The notes: generated by a model not told the origin, from the letters alone. Positions 1 through 9,802 are shown, numbered from the stretch's first letter. The stretch: DNA of 59,069 nt from an uncultured Thermotogae bacterium (GCA_964582975.1 CAZOUO010000001.1:1-59069), one strand, 5' to 3'. A program made the numbers and translations.

Positions 1-708
1 CCCTGGTTCCGGCCGGATGCCGGGGATCTTCTCTCCCCGCCAGATGTATTTGTCCCCCTCTGTGGTGAAGGTGAGCGGCAGCTCCTCGATCCCGTTTGTC
101 ATGAGTACATCCCAGTCCAGATACATCATGGAGTCCTCGGGCACGGTGAGGGTGTAGGCCACCTCGCGGATCGGCATCCAGTCCTGAAAGATACTCCAGT
201 CTTGGAATTCGCCCGGCATGGGGAAGGTCTCACGGATCGTGTAAGTGTACTCGATCATGCTGCCAATGCTCACACCGGGCATGTTGTAGACGCGCTTGCG
301 GGCGTCGGAATAGACTCGCTGGCGCACCAGAGGCAGATCGTGAATGGCATCCTCCATGGGAACAAGTTCGGTGCCATCAGGAAGCACGGTTTTGATCTCC
401 TCCACCTCGAGCTTTTCCCAATGGCGGTTGTAACGGATCTCCACCTCGAGATACCGGTCTGCACCGCGTTCGGTGAGGATGCGCAGCTTCCGATGTGCCC
501 GATGGATGATCGTTTCGCCGTCAAAGGTTACGTCCGTCTGCATGTCAAGCCACACTGCGTCGAAGTCCTCCTCCGTGTACGGCCGCGGCGGCGGATCGTA
601 GTGCTTCGGCGGCGGCTCGACCGGTGGCCGGCCGGCAAACGTGGGGAGCAAAGCGCAAAGCCCCAGAATCAATCCCAAACAGGCCGCTAAGAGTATTCTT
701 CTTGTCAT
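1..708 (-). CDS. Secreted DUF3857-like (transglutaminase-associated) protein, first 236 codons; C-terminus lies beyond the left edge
   Basis: Absent from the ORF track because there is no stop in the window. Hand translation of the minus strand from ATG 708-706 (GGAGG ~7 nt upstream) gives MTRRILLAACLGLILGLCALLPTFAGRPPVEPPPKHYDPPPRPYTEEDFDAVWLDMQTDVTFDGETIIHRAHRKLRILTERG... It has a signal peptide and the body resembles DUF3857 N-terminal domains. The + ORF 202..690 is its antisense shadow. Confidence 0.55.
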   Translation of the reverse strand, partial: MTRRILLAACLGLILGLCALLPTFAGRPPVEPPPKHYDPPPRPYTEEDFDAVWLDMQTDVTFDGETIIHRAHRKLRILTERGADRYLEVEIRYNRHWEKLEVEEIKTVLPDGTELVPMEDAIHDLPLVRQRVYSDARKRVYNMPGVSIGSMIEYTYTIRETFPMPGEFQDWSIFQDWMPIREVAYTLTVPEDSMMYLDWDVLMTNGIEELPLTFTTEGDKYIWRGEKIPGIRPEPG

Positions 709-720
709 GATTATGCCTCC

Positions 721-2391
721 CTACTTCGCCGGTTTGACGAACACGAAACTCCAATGGTTACCGATGCCGCCGAGCTGATCGATCCACCCTTCAAGGCGAT
801 TGGCGCGCGCCTCGATGATCTCGAGCGAATAGAGTGCCAGATAAGGCAGATCCTCGGCCAACATCTCCTGCAGGGTGAAAATGATCTCGCGCCGTTTCTC
901 AGGATCGGCGGTGATCATCGACTGCTGCGCCAGCTCGTCGAACTCGGGGTCCTGATAGCCGGTGGAGTTGAACCCGCCGGGCACGTCGTACTTGGAGTGA
1001 AAGAAGACGCGCACGTAATCGGGATCCGGGCTCAGACCCCATCCCAGTACGTACGCCTCGAAGTCGCGCTCGTCGAAGACTGTGAAGACGAGCTCCGCAA
1101 ACGAGATGTTGCGCTTTCTCACCTTCAAGCCGAGCTGATTGAACCAGACTGTGACGAGCCCGGCGGTCTTGTCGCGCACGGGATCGTAGTCCGCCGGTGG
1201 CACCAGGATCTCGAGAGCCGGCGCCACCGAGCCGTCCGGAAGGATAAGGTCCCCGTTCTCCCAGGTGTAGCCGGCCTCGGAGAGGATCGTCTTAGCGGCA
1301 TCGAGACGCTCGGCCGTGCTCATCCCTTTCCCGGGGGTAGCGGCGGCGTCGTTGTGCCACGTCACGTTTCCGGGCGGCACCACACTGTAGGCGGGATAGC
1401 CGAGGTTCCACAGAATCCGCTCGACGATCGTCTCGCGATCGATCAGCGTGGAGAGCGCCGTGCGCAGTGCCACATCATTCCACGGCGCGTTTCTCAGGTT
1501 GAACGCAAGATAGAAGAACCCGTTGGAGGGATTGCGGTGGACGGTGATGTCGGGATCCTTCTCCAGATCCTCGATGAACCCGGGCGGAATCGACCAGAAG
1601 ATGTAGTCGAGCTTACCTTTTTTCAGTGCGAGACTTGCCAGATCCGTGGTGCGATAGACGTTGAACAGAACACCGTCGACGTGCGGACCCACCGTGTGCC
1701 CGTCAATCTGTGTGCCGGAGGCGTAGTAGCTTTCGTTTTTAGCGAGATAGATGTAGCTTCCGCGCAGCCACTCGTCGTATTTGAACGGACCGCAGCCGAC
1801 CGGCTCTGGCATCTGGGCGACAAACCAGTTGAGCGGATCCCTTTGCTTGAGGGCGTCCTCGAAGATCGATTTCCACTGGGCCTTCTGGATCACGAAGTTG
1901 GTAAGGGTATCGGTTTCAAAGATCGGTGTCATGCCCGCGCCGAGGGCCTCGGTGTCGAGGTGATAGCGCAGGGTATGCTCGTCCACGACCTCTACGTCCT
2001 TAACGAACTCGAAGCGATAGTAGAGGGTGGGAAACTGGAAGTGTTGAATCACTTGAGCGGTGAACACCACGTCGTGCGCCGTTAACGCCGTGCCGTCCGA
2101 CCAAGTGATCCCCTCCTTGAGGCGCACGACCGCTGTGCCGTTCTCGGCATCGATTTCGGGGTCGCCGTCGGCCAACATCGGGATCAGTTCAAGCTCCGGG
2201 TTGTAGCCGTACAGGGACTCGTAGATCAGCCCGAGCACGTTCCACGACCAGACGTCGCGGGCGTAGAAAGGGTTGAGGGTAATCGGCTCATCCTGCATTC
2301 CTACACGCAGGATCACTTCCTCCGCCGCAAACGCGGCGCACGTTGCCAGGACGATCGCAAAAAAGACCGCTAGCTTGCGGATCATGTTCAC
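721..2391 (-). CDS. ABC transporter substrate-binding protein, family 5 (DppA/OppA/NikA-like)
   Basis: 556-aa ORF with signal peptide MNMIRKLAVFFAIVLATCAAFAAEE. Length and sequence are typical of peptide/nickel SBPs. AAGGAGG is best spaced for the ATG at 2385 (the track start at 2391 is GTG). It directly follows two permease genes. Confidence 0.9.
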   Translation of the reverse strand: MNMIRKLAVFFAIVLATCAAFAAEEVILRVGMQDEPITLNPFYARDVWSWNVLGLIYESLYGYNPELELIPMLADGDPEIDAENGTAVVRLKEGITWSDGTALTAHDVVFTAQVIQHFQFPTLYYRFEFVKDVEVVDEHTLRYHLDTEALGAGMTPIFETDTLTNFVIQKAQWKSIFEDALKQRDPLNWFVAQMPEPVGCGPFKYDEWLRGSYIYLAKNESYYASGTQIDGHTVGPHVDGVLFNVYRTTDLASLALKKGKLDYIFWSIPPGFIEDLEKDPDITVHRNPSNGFFYLAFNLRNAPWNDVALRTALSTLIDRETIVERILWNLGYPAYSVVPPGNVTWHNDAAATPGKGMSTAERLDAAKTILSEAGYTWENGDLILPDGSVAPALEILVPPADYDPVRDKTAGLVTVWFNQLGLKVRKRNISFAELVFTVFDERDFEAYVLGWGLSPDPDYVRVFFHSKYDVPGGFNSTGYQDPEFDELAQQSMITADPEKRREIIFTLQEMLAEDLPYLALYSLEIIEARANRLEGWIDQLGGIGNHWSFVFVKPAK

Positions 2392-3248
2392 ATCCTCCTT
2401 AGTCTAGGATTGATGACCTCGTCCAACCCTCGGCCGATGAGGTAAAAGGAAAAGCACAACGCCGAGATGGAAAGGCCGGGCGGGAGCATCCAATAGGGCG
2501 CTCTGAACGTATTACCTGTCTTGAAACACCATTGCAGCATCATCCCCCAGCTTACCGTGTTCGGATCGCCAAGTCCAAGGAAGCTCAACGCCGCCTCGAG
2601 AAAGATCGCACCGTTTGCGGTCAGGCTCATGTAGACGAAGGCGAGTGGCAGCACCGAGGGCGCCATGTGACGCAGGATGATGCGCGCGTTGCCGGCTCCG
2701 TACGCCCGCGCCGACTCGATAAAGTCTCGCGTACGAAGCGATAGCGCCTGTGCGCGGATCACACGGGCGATCCCTGGCCAACCGAGAAAGCCGATCAACA
2801 GGACCACTCCCCAGATGGAGAGCTGTCCGAGTGCCGAGGAGACCACCAGCACAAGCGGAATCAGCGGAAGCGTCAGCATCACGTCGACCAGGCGCATAAG
2901 GGTTCCATCGACCGCGCCGCCGTAGTGGCCGGAAAGAAGGCCGACGATCGTGCCGATGGCGACAGACGTCGCAGCGGCGATTACCGCAACGAGGAGCGCG
3001 GTGCGTGCGCCGTGCATGAGTTGGGAGAGGACGTCGCCGCCCCACGCATCGGTTCCCAAGAGGTGCCGCGCCGACGGGGGTGAGGTCCCCAGGATTTCGG
3101 GGTCCATCCCCTGTACGGGGTCGTAGATCGGACTCATGCGCGGAAGGATCGGGGCGAAGAGTGCCATCAGGACGAAGGCAAGTAAGATTCCGGCGCCCAA
3201 AAAGCCGAGTGGGTTATTTCGCAGCGACAACCAGCGTCTCTTGCTCAT
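2388..3248 (-). CDS. ABC transporter permease (DppC/OppC-like)
   Basis: The true start is most likely ATG 3248 (MSKRRWLSLRNNPLGFLGAGILLAFVLMALF...), which forms an ATGA overlap with the stop of the upstream permease. It has multi-TM BPD-transporter-like sequence. The 150-aa Arg/Gly-rich N-terminal extension in the 437-aa track ORF overlaps the upstream gene and is rejected. Confidence 0.85.
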   Translation of the reverse strand: MSKRRWLSLRNNPLGFLGAGILLAFVLMALFAPILPRMSPIYDPVQGMDPEILGTSPPSARHLLGTDAWGGDVLSQLMHGARTALLVAVIAAATSVAIGTIVGLLSGHYGGAVDGTLMRLVDVMLTLPLIPLVLVVSSALGQLSIWGVVLLIGFLGWPGIARVIRAQALSLRTRDFIESARAYGAGNARIILRHMAPSVLPLAFVYMSLTANGAIFLEAALSFLGLGDPNTVSWGMMLQWCFKTGNTFRAPYWMLPPGLSISALCFSFYLIGRGLDEVINPRLRRM

Positions 3249-4216
3249 TGGTATCGAATCCTCGGATCCAAGACCACGTACAGAACGTCGGCGACAAGAT
3301 TTGCCACCAGGACGAGCATCGCGATCAGTAGAAACGCGCCCTGGGCGAGCGGAAAGTCCTGCGCCAACACCGCCTCGACGAGCTCGGTCCCCAAGCCGGG
3401 CCAGGAAAAGACCGTCTCGGTGAGCACGCCCCCGGACATCGAGAACGCCAGCGATAGTGTGAACGAGGTGACCAGCGGCAGCATCGCATTTCTCGCCGCG
3501 TGTTTGTTCTTGACAACACTCTCGGAAAGGCCTTTGGCCCGCGCGGCGGTCACGTAGTCCTGTTCGAGCGTCTCCAGCATCGAGCTTCGCATCACCAGCA
3601 TCGAACCGGCGAACATCACCGCGGTCAGAACGAAGAGCGGTAGGGCAAGATGGTGCAGGACATCCAGAGCCTTCGCCCACGTGCTCGCCGTGCCGATCCA
3701 AAGCTCAGGCGAGAGGATCCCGCCGAGCGGGAACCAGTCAAGCCGATAGGCGAAGATCCAGATCACGAGCATCCCGAACCACGGTAAAAACACGGTGTAA
3801 AACGAAAGCCCCAGCAGCGTGCACGAGGTCTCCAACGGGCCACCGCGCCGCCACGCGATCAGCTTGCCGATCCACATGCCCAGAGCAAAGGAGAGGACGG
3901 ATGCGGTTGTGAATAGCAGCAGCGTCGCCGGCAGGCGGTCCACGATTACGGCAAGCACGGGACGCGCGGATTGAAACGAGCGGCCAAAGTTCCCGCGAAC
4001 GACGTTGCCGAGATAGAGGAAATACTGCGTGAACAGCGGGCGGTCCAAGCCGAACTGGCGGCGCAACGCCTCTTTGGCCTCCGGTGGCATCTTCGGATCG
4101 AGCACCATCGAGGCTGGATCCCCCGGCATGAGACGAAACAGGAAGAAGAGTACCGTGAGGATGACAAACAGCGTCACGATCATCTGCAACAATCGCCTTG
4201 CGATGTATCCGCTCAT
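3245..4216 (-). CDS. ABC transporter permease (DppB/OppB-like)
   Basis: 323 aa starting MSGYIARRLLQMIVTLFVILTVLFFLFRLMPGDP, which is the canonical DppB/OppB N-terminus. GGGAGG precedes the ATG at 4216. It ends with the ...DPRIRYQ motif typical of this family. Confidence 0.9.
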   Translation of the reverse strand: MSGYIARRLLQMIVTLFVILTVLFFLFRLMPGDPASMVLDPKMPPEAKEALRRQFGLDRPLFTQYFLYLGNVVRGNFGRSFQSARPVLAVIVDRLPATLLLFTTASVLSFALGMWIGKLIAWRRGGPLETSCTLLGLSFYTVFLPWFGMLVIWIFAYRLDWFPLGGILSPELWIGTASTWAKALDVLHHLALPLFVLTAVMFAGSMLVMRSSMLETLEQDYVTAARAKGLSESVVKNKHAARNAMLPLVTSFTLSLAFSMSGGVLTETVFSWPGLGTELVEAVLAQDFPLAQGAFLLIAMLVLVANLVADVLYVVLDPRIRYQ

Positions 4217-4592
4217 CGATCGCCTCCCGCCCCTTGCTTGATGCGAATCGCTCGCAGGTCAACGCCAAATCAGGTAACAACTCCCCCCCGCGGCGTTCCC
4301 TTATCGGATGATTCTATCGGAAACAGGCCTTGGGATCTCCATCCAAACCGAAGCTGTACACCTCGGCCAAGGCAACTACTGGTAGAGTGTAATCTAGTCT
4401 GCTGGCGGTGAGGCTGTTCAAGTCGGTCGAAAATAGATGCGTGATACAATCGGAAAAGGGATAGCCTGCAGTGTATCACGAATGGTGAAGGCGAGAACTT
4501 CAATACCTGTCCGCTGAGCTTTGGAGAAACGGATCTCGCACCGACGTGTATCTAGTGAATGAAACCAGAACGAGTTAGGAGGTAACACGATC

Positions 4593-5483
4593 GTGCAAAA
4601 CAAGCTGCTCCATCGAATCATTGTTGGAATAATGGTTGCTACCGTGGCCGGCTTGCTTCTTGGCGCGCAGGCTCCACGAGCGCTGCAAAACGAGGAGCCG
4701 GAGCGGATGATCATTGCCGGTGTACCGCCCTTTGGACCCACCCAGTGGACGGATGATAAGGGCAACACGGTCCCCGCCGGTTGTGGTCCGGAGGCGGCGC
4801 GTATGCTCCTCGCCTATTACGACCGCCGCTACGGGTACAGGCAGCTCGTCCGTGCCCAGCCTGGTAAGGCGATCGTCGAGCTTCACGATCGGATGAATAC
4901 GAGTACCGTGATGTGGCAGGGACAGCCACAAGGATTCACCGATCCCACGATGTTCAAAAATGGGCTGAAAAGCTACATCAAGGACCGCTACTCAGGGGGA
5001 GCCAATCTCGGAAGTAAAGCTGGTACTTTGAATCAGGTGTTCGAAAAGTCGGTCGAGCTGATCCAGAACAACAAGCCGCACATCATTCTCTTCGACTGGG
5101 AGGGCGAGACGTGGATCTTCCCCAACCACTATTCGGTTGTCGTTGGGTACAGCAAGGAGGCCGGCCGCAAGCAGCTCATCATCAACCCCGGCTGGGGGTA
5201 CGACTTCCAAATCCTTGACATGACCGACTCGGCGGTCGCCCCGGCGAGCATCGTGTGGATCGAGAAGATGAATAATCCCCCTGACGGACAAGGGGGTTGT
5301 GCAATCGGCCCCGGTTCGGCACAGGGAATGTGGGTCACCGACGCAAACGGCAAGTACCAGCTGAAGCCCGAACTGCACAAGCACTTCGATCCCAACAACA
5401 CCGTCAGCTGGTCAGCGTCTGACAAGACGGAGTTCTTCCTCCCGCAGACAAACAGCAAGATCGGAGCCTGTTCCTGGTTTTAG
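4593..5483 (+). CDS. Secreted/anchored papain-fold cysteine peptidase-like protein (peptidase C39-like domain)
   Basis: GTG start preceded by AGGAGG. It has an N-terminal hydrophobic anchor. GCGPEAARMLLAYY is a candidate Cys nucleophile context, and NHYSVVVGY a candidate His, as in C39-like/BtrH-like domains. The C-terminal ~80 aa are of unknown type. Confidence 0.5.
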   Translation: MQNKLLHRIIVGIMVATVAGLLLGAQAPRALQNEEPERMIIAGVPPFGPTQWTDDKGNTVPAGCGPEAARMLLAYYDRRYGYRQLVRAQPGKAIVELHDRMNTSTVMWQGQPQGFTDPTMFKNGLKSYIKDRYSGGANLGSKAGTLNQVFEKSVELIQNNKPHIILFDWEGETWIFPNHYSVVVGYSKEAGRKQLIINPGWGYDFQILDMTDSAVAPASIVWIEKMNNPPDGQGGCAIGPGSAQGMWVTDANGKYQLKPELHKHFDPNNTVSWSASDKTEFFLPQTNSKIGACSWF

Positions 5484-5605
5484 GAGAACGTCGATTTCCT
5501 CGGTCAGCGGTGGTCTGCCTTCGTCGCTGGCCGTCTTCTTTCAAGCCGGGGTGGATCTGGATCTGTAGCTTGTTGGAGGCTCTTCAACTGCGGTACGCAT
5601 TTTCC

Positions 5606-6127
5606 TCAATCGATGCCCACGAGGTTGCTTCGACGTTCCAGAAGAATGACGTCACGCCAGGTTCCCGCCAGTTCTCCGAACGCCATCTTGCCGAGCTTCT
5701 CTCGAGCGCCCACCTCTCTGAATCCGTGGCGCTTGTGAAGCGCGAGGCTTGCAGTGTTCTCGGGAAATATCCCTGCCTGCAGTGTCCAGATCCCCGCTTT
5801 TTCCGATTCGCTGATGAGTGCGGCAAGCAAGGCCGATCCGATTCCCTGCCCCTGGTGCTCACACGCCACATAAATGCTCACTTCCGCCACGCCTGCATAG
5901 ACACAACGCTCTGAAACCGGGCTGAGAGCGGCCCAGCCCGTTATCTCTTCACCGATTCTGGCGACCAGACGGCATTGCGGCAGGTGGTCGGCGTTCCAGC
6001 TTTCCCAGTTTGGCGTGGTTGCGTCGAACGTGGCGTGTCCGGTCGAGATCCCCTCAAGGTAAATCGCGCAGACGCGCTCCCAGTCTTCCGGCTCCATCTT
6101 GTCTATAATCCAGTTGCTTGCGGCCAT
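5606..6127 (-). CDS. GNAT family N-acetyltransferase, phosphinothricin acetyltransferase (PAT/YwnH)-like
   Basis: 173 aa. The layout EDWERVCAIYLEGISTGHATFD ... QGQGIGSALL ... HKRHGFREVG matches the PAT-type GNAT layout. Confidence 0.8.
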   Translation of the reverse strand: MAASNWIIDKMEPEDWERVCAIYLEGISTGHATFDATTPNWESWNADHLPQCRLVARIGEEITGWAALSPVSERCVYAGVAEVSIYVACEHQGQGIGSALLAALISESEKAGIWTLQAGIFPENTASLALHKRHGFREVGAREKLGKMAFGELAGTWRDVILLERRSNLVGID

Positions 6128-6457
6128 GTCGGCACCAGCTCCTGACTTCTTAATGGCGGTTATCTCTCTTCTTTGGCAATGATACTCTTGGGGCTGATAG
6201 GAAAATAGCGCATTCCGAGTCGCCTCCCGACCAGTTCTTAGTGGGGGCTAAGCTTGTGTTTAAGAAGTGCCTTCTGCCCCTTCCAGCAGCGAACCGATTC
6301 AGTCGGCGATGCTGCCAGTCCCCAACAGAGATCACCTCAGACTCCAAACGGGGAGGTTCCTTCCGCAACAGCCCGAGCGCGTTTATGCACGTTGACGATC
6401 TTGCGAACGCGAAGTTCTTGGAATTCAACCTTCCTGAAGATGCGCCTTCCACAGGGA

Positions 6458-7522
6458 TCACTCGAGGCGATCCATTCTCTTGAGCACCCACAACGCGTGC
6501 AGGGTGATCCACTTGCTGGGGTGGCCTTTTTTCTCCAAGTTGACCTGCATCCGACCGTACGGCGTGGATTCCAGAATCCAGCTTCCTTCCCTGGTTCGTT
6601 TCTCTCGGAGTACGGCCAGTGCATCCTCCATTCGCTTGTCCGAGTAGCCTAATCGGGTAAGCACCCACAATCCTCTCAAAATGTCGTAGCCGTAGAACCA
6701 CGGAAAGGCTAAGTTCAGCCATTTCGGGTTGATCGTCCGAAAACCATGGTGGTCGCCCTTGTAGAGGCGATGCATCAAAAGGAATTCTGCTCCGCGGGAG
6801 ACGGCCTCTTGAACCTTCGGTGAGCGCCGCTCTGCCGGGATCTCGGCAAAGGCTTCCAGCGGGCAGATCGTCCCGTAGAAACAGGAATGCGTGTCCTTGA
6901 TGTGTGCCTTCCAATAGGGACAGAGCCAGCCTCCGTCGGCGTTCTGAATGTCCACCAGCCAATCTATTGCCTGCCAAACTCTGGAATCATCGGTGTATCC
7001 CAAGTGCAGTAACGCGGCAACGACATTCCCGGTAAGACAGGAGAGGGTCATCTGATGGATGTAGTCGGGAACGAATGCATCCTCCTGCGGCAGGTTTCTC
7101 CTGCTGGCACGCCTTCGGCGGGCCACGATTTCGTACTCGCGACGTGCCCCTTCCTCTCCGCACTCTGCAAATCCGCCGTTCGGCTGTTGGAAGCCAAAGA
7201 GGTGTTCCGCCGCCTTCGACACGCCCTCATCTTCCTTGCGTAAGCGAAGGTAGCCTAACACCATCAACGTCCAGTAGGAGGATTTGTACTTGGGAAGATA
7301 TGGACTATCTGGGTCGCCCCAAAATCCTTCTGGATCTTGCTTGGCAAGGATTCGTTTTACAGCCTGTGAGCCGAATACGGTCACGCGTGCGGCTTGTACT
7401 TCGAGGTCCTCCTCAGAGCGTCCAAGGAGGTAGCGGAGGGTGAGATAGCGCACCGATGGGTTATTCGGCTCTAGTAGCCAGGCGATAACTTCAGCGTTCG
7501 TTCCTTTGAAATTTTCCTTCAC
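6458..7522 (-). CDS. Prenyltransferase/terpenoid-cyclase-like alpha/alpha-toroid repeat protein
   Basis: 354 aa with repeated Qxx(D/N/E)GG(W/F)-type motifs (QDPEGFWGD, QQPNGGFAE, QNADGGWLC) characteristic of prenyltransferase/squalene-cyclase repeats. Confidence 0.6.
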   Translation of the reverse strand: MKENFKGTNAEVIAWLLEPNNPSVRYLTLRYLLGRSEEDLEVQAARVTVFGSQAVKRILAKQDPEGFWGDPDSPYLPKYKSSYWTLMVLGYLRLRKEDEGVSKAAEHLFGFQQPNGGFAECGEEGARREYEIVARRRRASRRNLPQEDAFVPDYIHQMTLSCLTGNVVAALLHLGYTDDSRVWQAIDWLVDIQNADGGWLCPYWKAHIKDTHSCFYGTICPLEAFAEIPAERRSPKVQEAVSRGAEFLLMHRLYKGDHHGFRTINPKWLNLAFPWFYGYDILRGLWVLTRLGYSDKRMEDALAVLREKRTREGSWILESTPYGRMQVNLEKKGHPSKWITLHALWVLKRMDRLE

Positions 7523-7547
7523 GTTTTCCTTATGTCTGCGAGTGACA

Positions 7548-8009
7548 TCACTCAGCCCCGGATTGCTTTCCCGTCATCGATTCGACGTGGATGCGGATGA
7601 TTGTGACCTCGTTGAGTGACTCCTCCGGATAGTCGTAGGCCTGCCCTGAGTATTGTCGCACGATCGCGTCGAGCGAGCGTTTCTTCTCTTCACGGTCTAC
7701 AACAAAGACCGCCTTCCCGTATCCGATCACGCTGCGGTACTTGAGGCTCGTCTTGCACGGGTTTTCGTTTCCCACCAGTTCTTGACCGATGTCAAGCTCG
7801 AAGCAGACGCTAGGATTGTGCTTCAAGACGTCGATCTTCTTGCCTTCGGAGGCCGAATGCAGATGGAGGCAGCCCTCTTCGTAACCGAAGCTCATCGGGA
7901 CCAAGTAGGGAACCCCTGCATCGCACATCGCGATCCGGCAGACCGCCGCCTGTCGCAGGATCTCTTCGATCGCGCTTTTGTTTTTTATCTCTTTGTCCTT
8001 CCTCCGCAT
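7548..8009 (-). CDS. Pyridoxamine 5'-phosphate oxidase family flavoprotein (NimA/Pyridox_ox_2-like)
   Basis: The start is likely ATG 8009 (GGAGGG upstream): MRRKDKEIKNKSAIEEILRQAAVCRIAMCDAGVPYLVPMSFGY.... This is the typical Nim/PNPOx split-barrel N-terminus. Confidence 0.75.
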   Translation of the reverse strand: MRRKDKEIKNKSAIEEILRQAAVCRIAMCDAGVPYLVPMSFGYEEGCLHLHSASEGKKIDVLKHNPSVCFELDIGQELVGNENPCKTSLKYRSVIGYGKAVFVVDREEKKRSLDAIVRQYSGQAYDYPEESLNEVTIIRIHVESMTGKQSGAE

Positions 8010-8222
8010 GATCTGCCCTCCAGCAATTACAGATTCAAAAACCAATTGTCACTGCCAGCCGATTCCACACGTGATGAACTGGACCTTTTCTAATTGATCT
8101 GCAGCCATCACGTCCTCCTTTTGGGCGTCACTGCTTCCCTTAGCTGAACCTGACAGACGGGCGATGGCATGTCGTCGCGACGTTGATTTGGATCAAGGGG
8201 TGTCGAACAGATATTGCTCATA

Positions 8223-9281
8223 CTATCTTGCCGCGCTTAAGAACTCGGCGACGGCCTCGGAAAAGACACCAGGCTTTTCGTGGAAGGGAAAGTGGCCCAC
8301 GTCCACGATCGCAGTGAACTGAGCGTTTGGAAAAAGGTCAGCGTAGGTCCGACTGGCTGATTCAGATTGCAGGTCATCTTCACCGTGAATGACGAGCACC
8401 GGTGCCTGCACCGCTTTTAGCGCTTTGCGGTAATCGTGCCGCCTGCCCATGCTGACGTACATCGCCGATACTATCCACCCGCCCGGTTCACCTTGCTCTT
8501 CAACCGGAACATCCGCTACGGCAGCGTAATAGCGTCCCAACTCAGCGTTTAATGCAGCGAGTTCCGCTTCCGATTTCGTGAAAAGACTTCCGAAGTCGAA
8601 GTATTCCACAAGGAAGGCATCGTACTCTTCCAGCATGTCTTCCGGAAGGCGCTCCCTCACCGCTTCGAAGAGGTCCGCGCCTTCTTGGGGCATGACTAAG
8701 ACGTCGGCCGGAGCGATCAGGATCATCGCCCCCACGCGTTCGGGAAACTCCACTGCGTACAGCGAGGCGAGGAAGCCTCCAAAGGAATGTCCGATGAGAA
8801 TGAGCTTCTCTTCGTCCAGAATCCGGCGAATCCTTTCAATATCGGCAATTTGTGCACCGAGGCCCAAGGTTCGATCGAGAAGCCCCATCACCTCGTAAGG
8901 ATTCTCTTTGGACAGGCGGTCGATGGGTCGGGTCGACTGGCCGCATCCGCGTTGATGGAAATAGTGGAACGTGTACTGCTCGGAGAGCGCGCTCAAGCCT
9001 GGCCAGGGCGAAGACGGAGGCATCCCGGGACCTCCGTGGACCACCAGCGCGGCCGGTCCCGTGCCTTCGGAGAAGTGATGGAGTTGGATGTCCGCCTCCA
9101 CTTTCCAAACGTTCGGATCATCCGGCTGTTGCGGCGGTGTCAAGGAGGCCCTGAGGTTCTTACCAGAACGAACCATCCCCGGTTCATACAATGATTTTGT
9201 TGTCGTGTACCAGAACAAGGCACCGGCGACAATCGCCACGACCAGAGCCCCAACCCCGATGACAACGAGTATCTCTTTCAT
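8223..9281 (-). CDS. Membrane-anchored alpha/beta hydrolase (proline iminopeptidase-like)
   Basis: The start ATG 9281 forms an ATGA overlap with the upstream gene. It has the N-terminal TM helix MKEILVVIGVGALVVAIVAGALFWY, the nucleophile elbow GHSFGG, and a C-terminal His region (VDVGHFPFHEKP). Confidence 0.8.
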   Translation of the reverse strand: MKEILVVIGVGALVVAIVAGALFWYTTTKSLYEPGMVRSGKNLRASLTPPQQPDDPNVWKVEADIQLHHFSEGTGPAALVVHGGPGMPPSSPWPGLSALSEQYTFHYFHQRGCGQSTRPIDRLSKENPYEVMGLLDRTLGLGAQIADIERIRRILDEEKLILIGHSFGGFLASLYAVEFPERVGAMILIAPADVLVMPQEGADLFEAVRERLPEDMLEEYDAFLVEYFDFGSLFTKSEAELAALNAELGRYYAAVADVPVEEQGEPGGWIVSAMYVSMGRRHDYRKALKAVQAPVLVIHGEDDLQSESASRTYADLFPNAQFTAIVDVGHFPFHEKPGVFSEAVAEFLSAAR

Positions 9282-9802
9282 GATCTTGCTTCTTCCTTTC
9301 CTGCGAACAACCTCGATGCGGGGCATCCGATCTCTCGCTGCCGGCAGTACTTGCAAGCAAACGCCCCTCTGATGACGCCATTGCCCACGGAGACAAGAAG
9401 AATCAACACTCCAAGGAGTACCACAACTGGCCAAGAGAAGCTCCTGACAAGGAACACAATGCCACCGATGATTGGAAAGACGAAGACCAAAAAATCCGGC
9501 AGCACGTCAGACCAGGAGACAGTCGCTTCCGCAAACTTCTTGGGATCTCCTTTCTTGAACAACAGGGCACAAAGCTTGCCTTTGCCAAACCCGCACACTT
9601 TGCCGTAGTAGGCGCAATTGACGCAGCTTCGCTTCAGAACTCTCATCTCCATCCAAAGCCAATAGACGAGATAGGGAATCGTCAGCCAGATGAACAAGCC
9701 AGCAAAGATGAACGCGCCGATGCCGACGATGGACAGAGAAGAGAGATTGCACAATATAACGATCCATATAGGAAAATTCTCAAAAGGTCTTGTCTCTTCC
9801 AA
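9278..9802 (-). CDS. Cys-rich integral membrane protein, unknown function
   Basis: 174 aa with a TTG start and GAGGTG upstream. It has about 4 hydrophobic segments separated by CVNCAYYGKVCGFGKGKLC and CKYCRQREIGC motifs. It is translationally coupled to the hydrolase gene. Confidence 0.5.
   Translation of the reverse strand: MEETRPFENFPIWIVILCNLSSLSIVGIGAFIFAGLFIWLTIPYLVYWLWMEMRVLKRSCVNCAYYGKVCGFGKGKLCALLFKKGDPKKFAEATVSWSDVLPDFLVFVFPIIGGIVFLVRSFSWPVVVLLGVLILLVSVGNGVIRGAFACKYCRQREIGCPASRLFAGKEEARS

Noticed and set aside
754-2085. Long + strand ORFs (754..2085, 443 aa; also 202..690).
   Set aside because: They lie antisense to genes with clear family identity and signal peptides (the SBP and the DUF3857-like protein). 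Their translations are Arg/Gly/Val-rich low-information sequence typical of antisense frames in GC-rich DNA. The same reasoning applies to 13910..14602, 19936..20583, 27317..28000, 41542..42555, 51381..52187 and 52275..53045.
3249-3701. 150-aa N-terminal extension of the 437-aa track ORF 2388..3701.
   Set aside because: It overlaps the upstream DppB-like gene in another frame and is Arg/Gly-rich. An ATG at 3248 gives a canonical DppC-type N-terminus with an ATGA overlap.
6150-6977. 275-aa minus-strand ORF, and the untranslated-looking gap 6128-6457.
   Set aside because: The ORF overlaps the prenyltransferase-like gene out of frame and has no recognisable motifs. I could not support any gene in the 330-nt gap.
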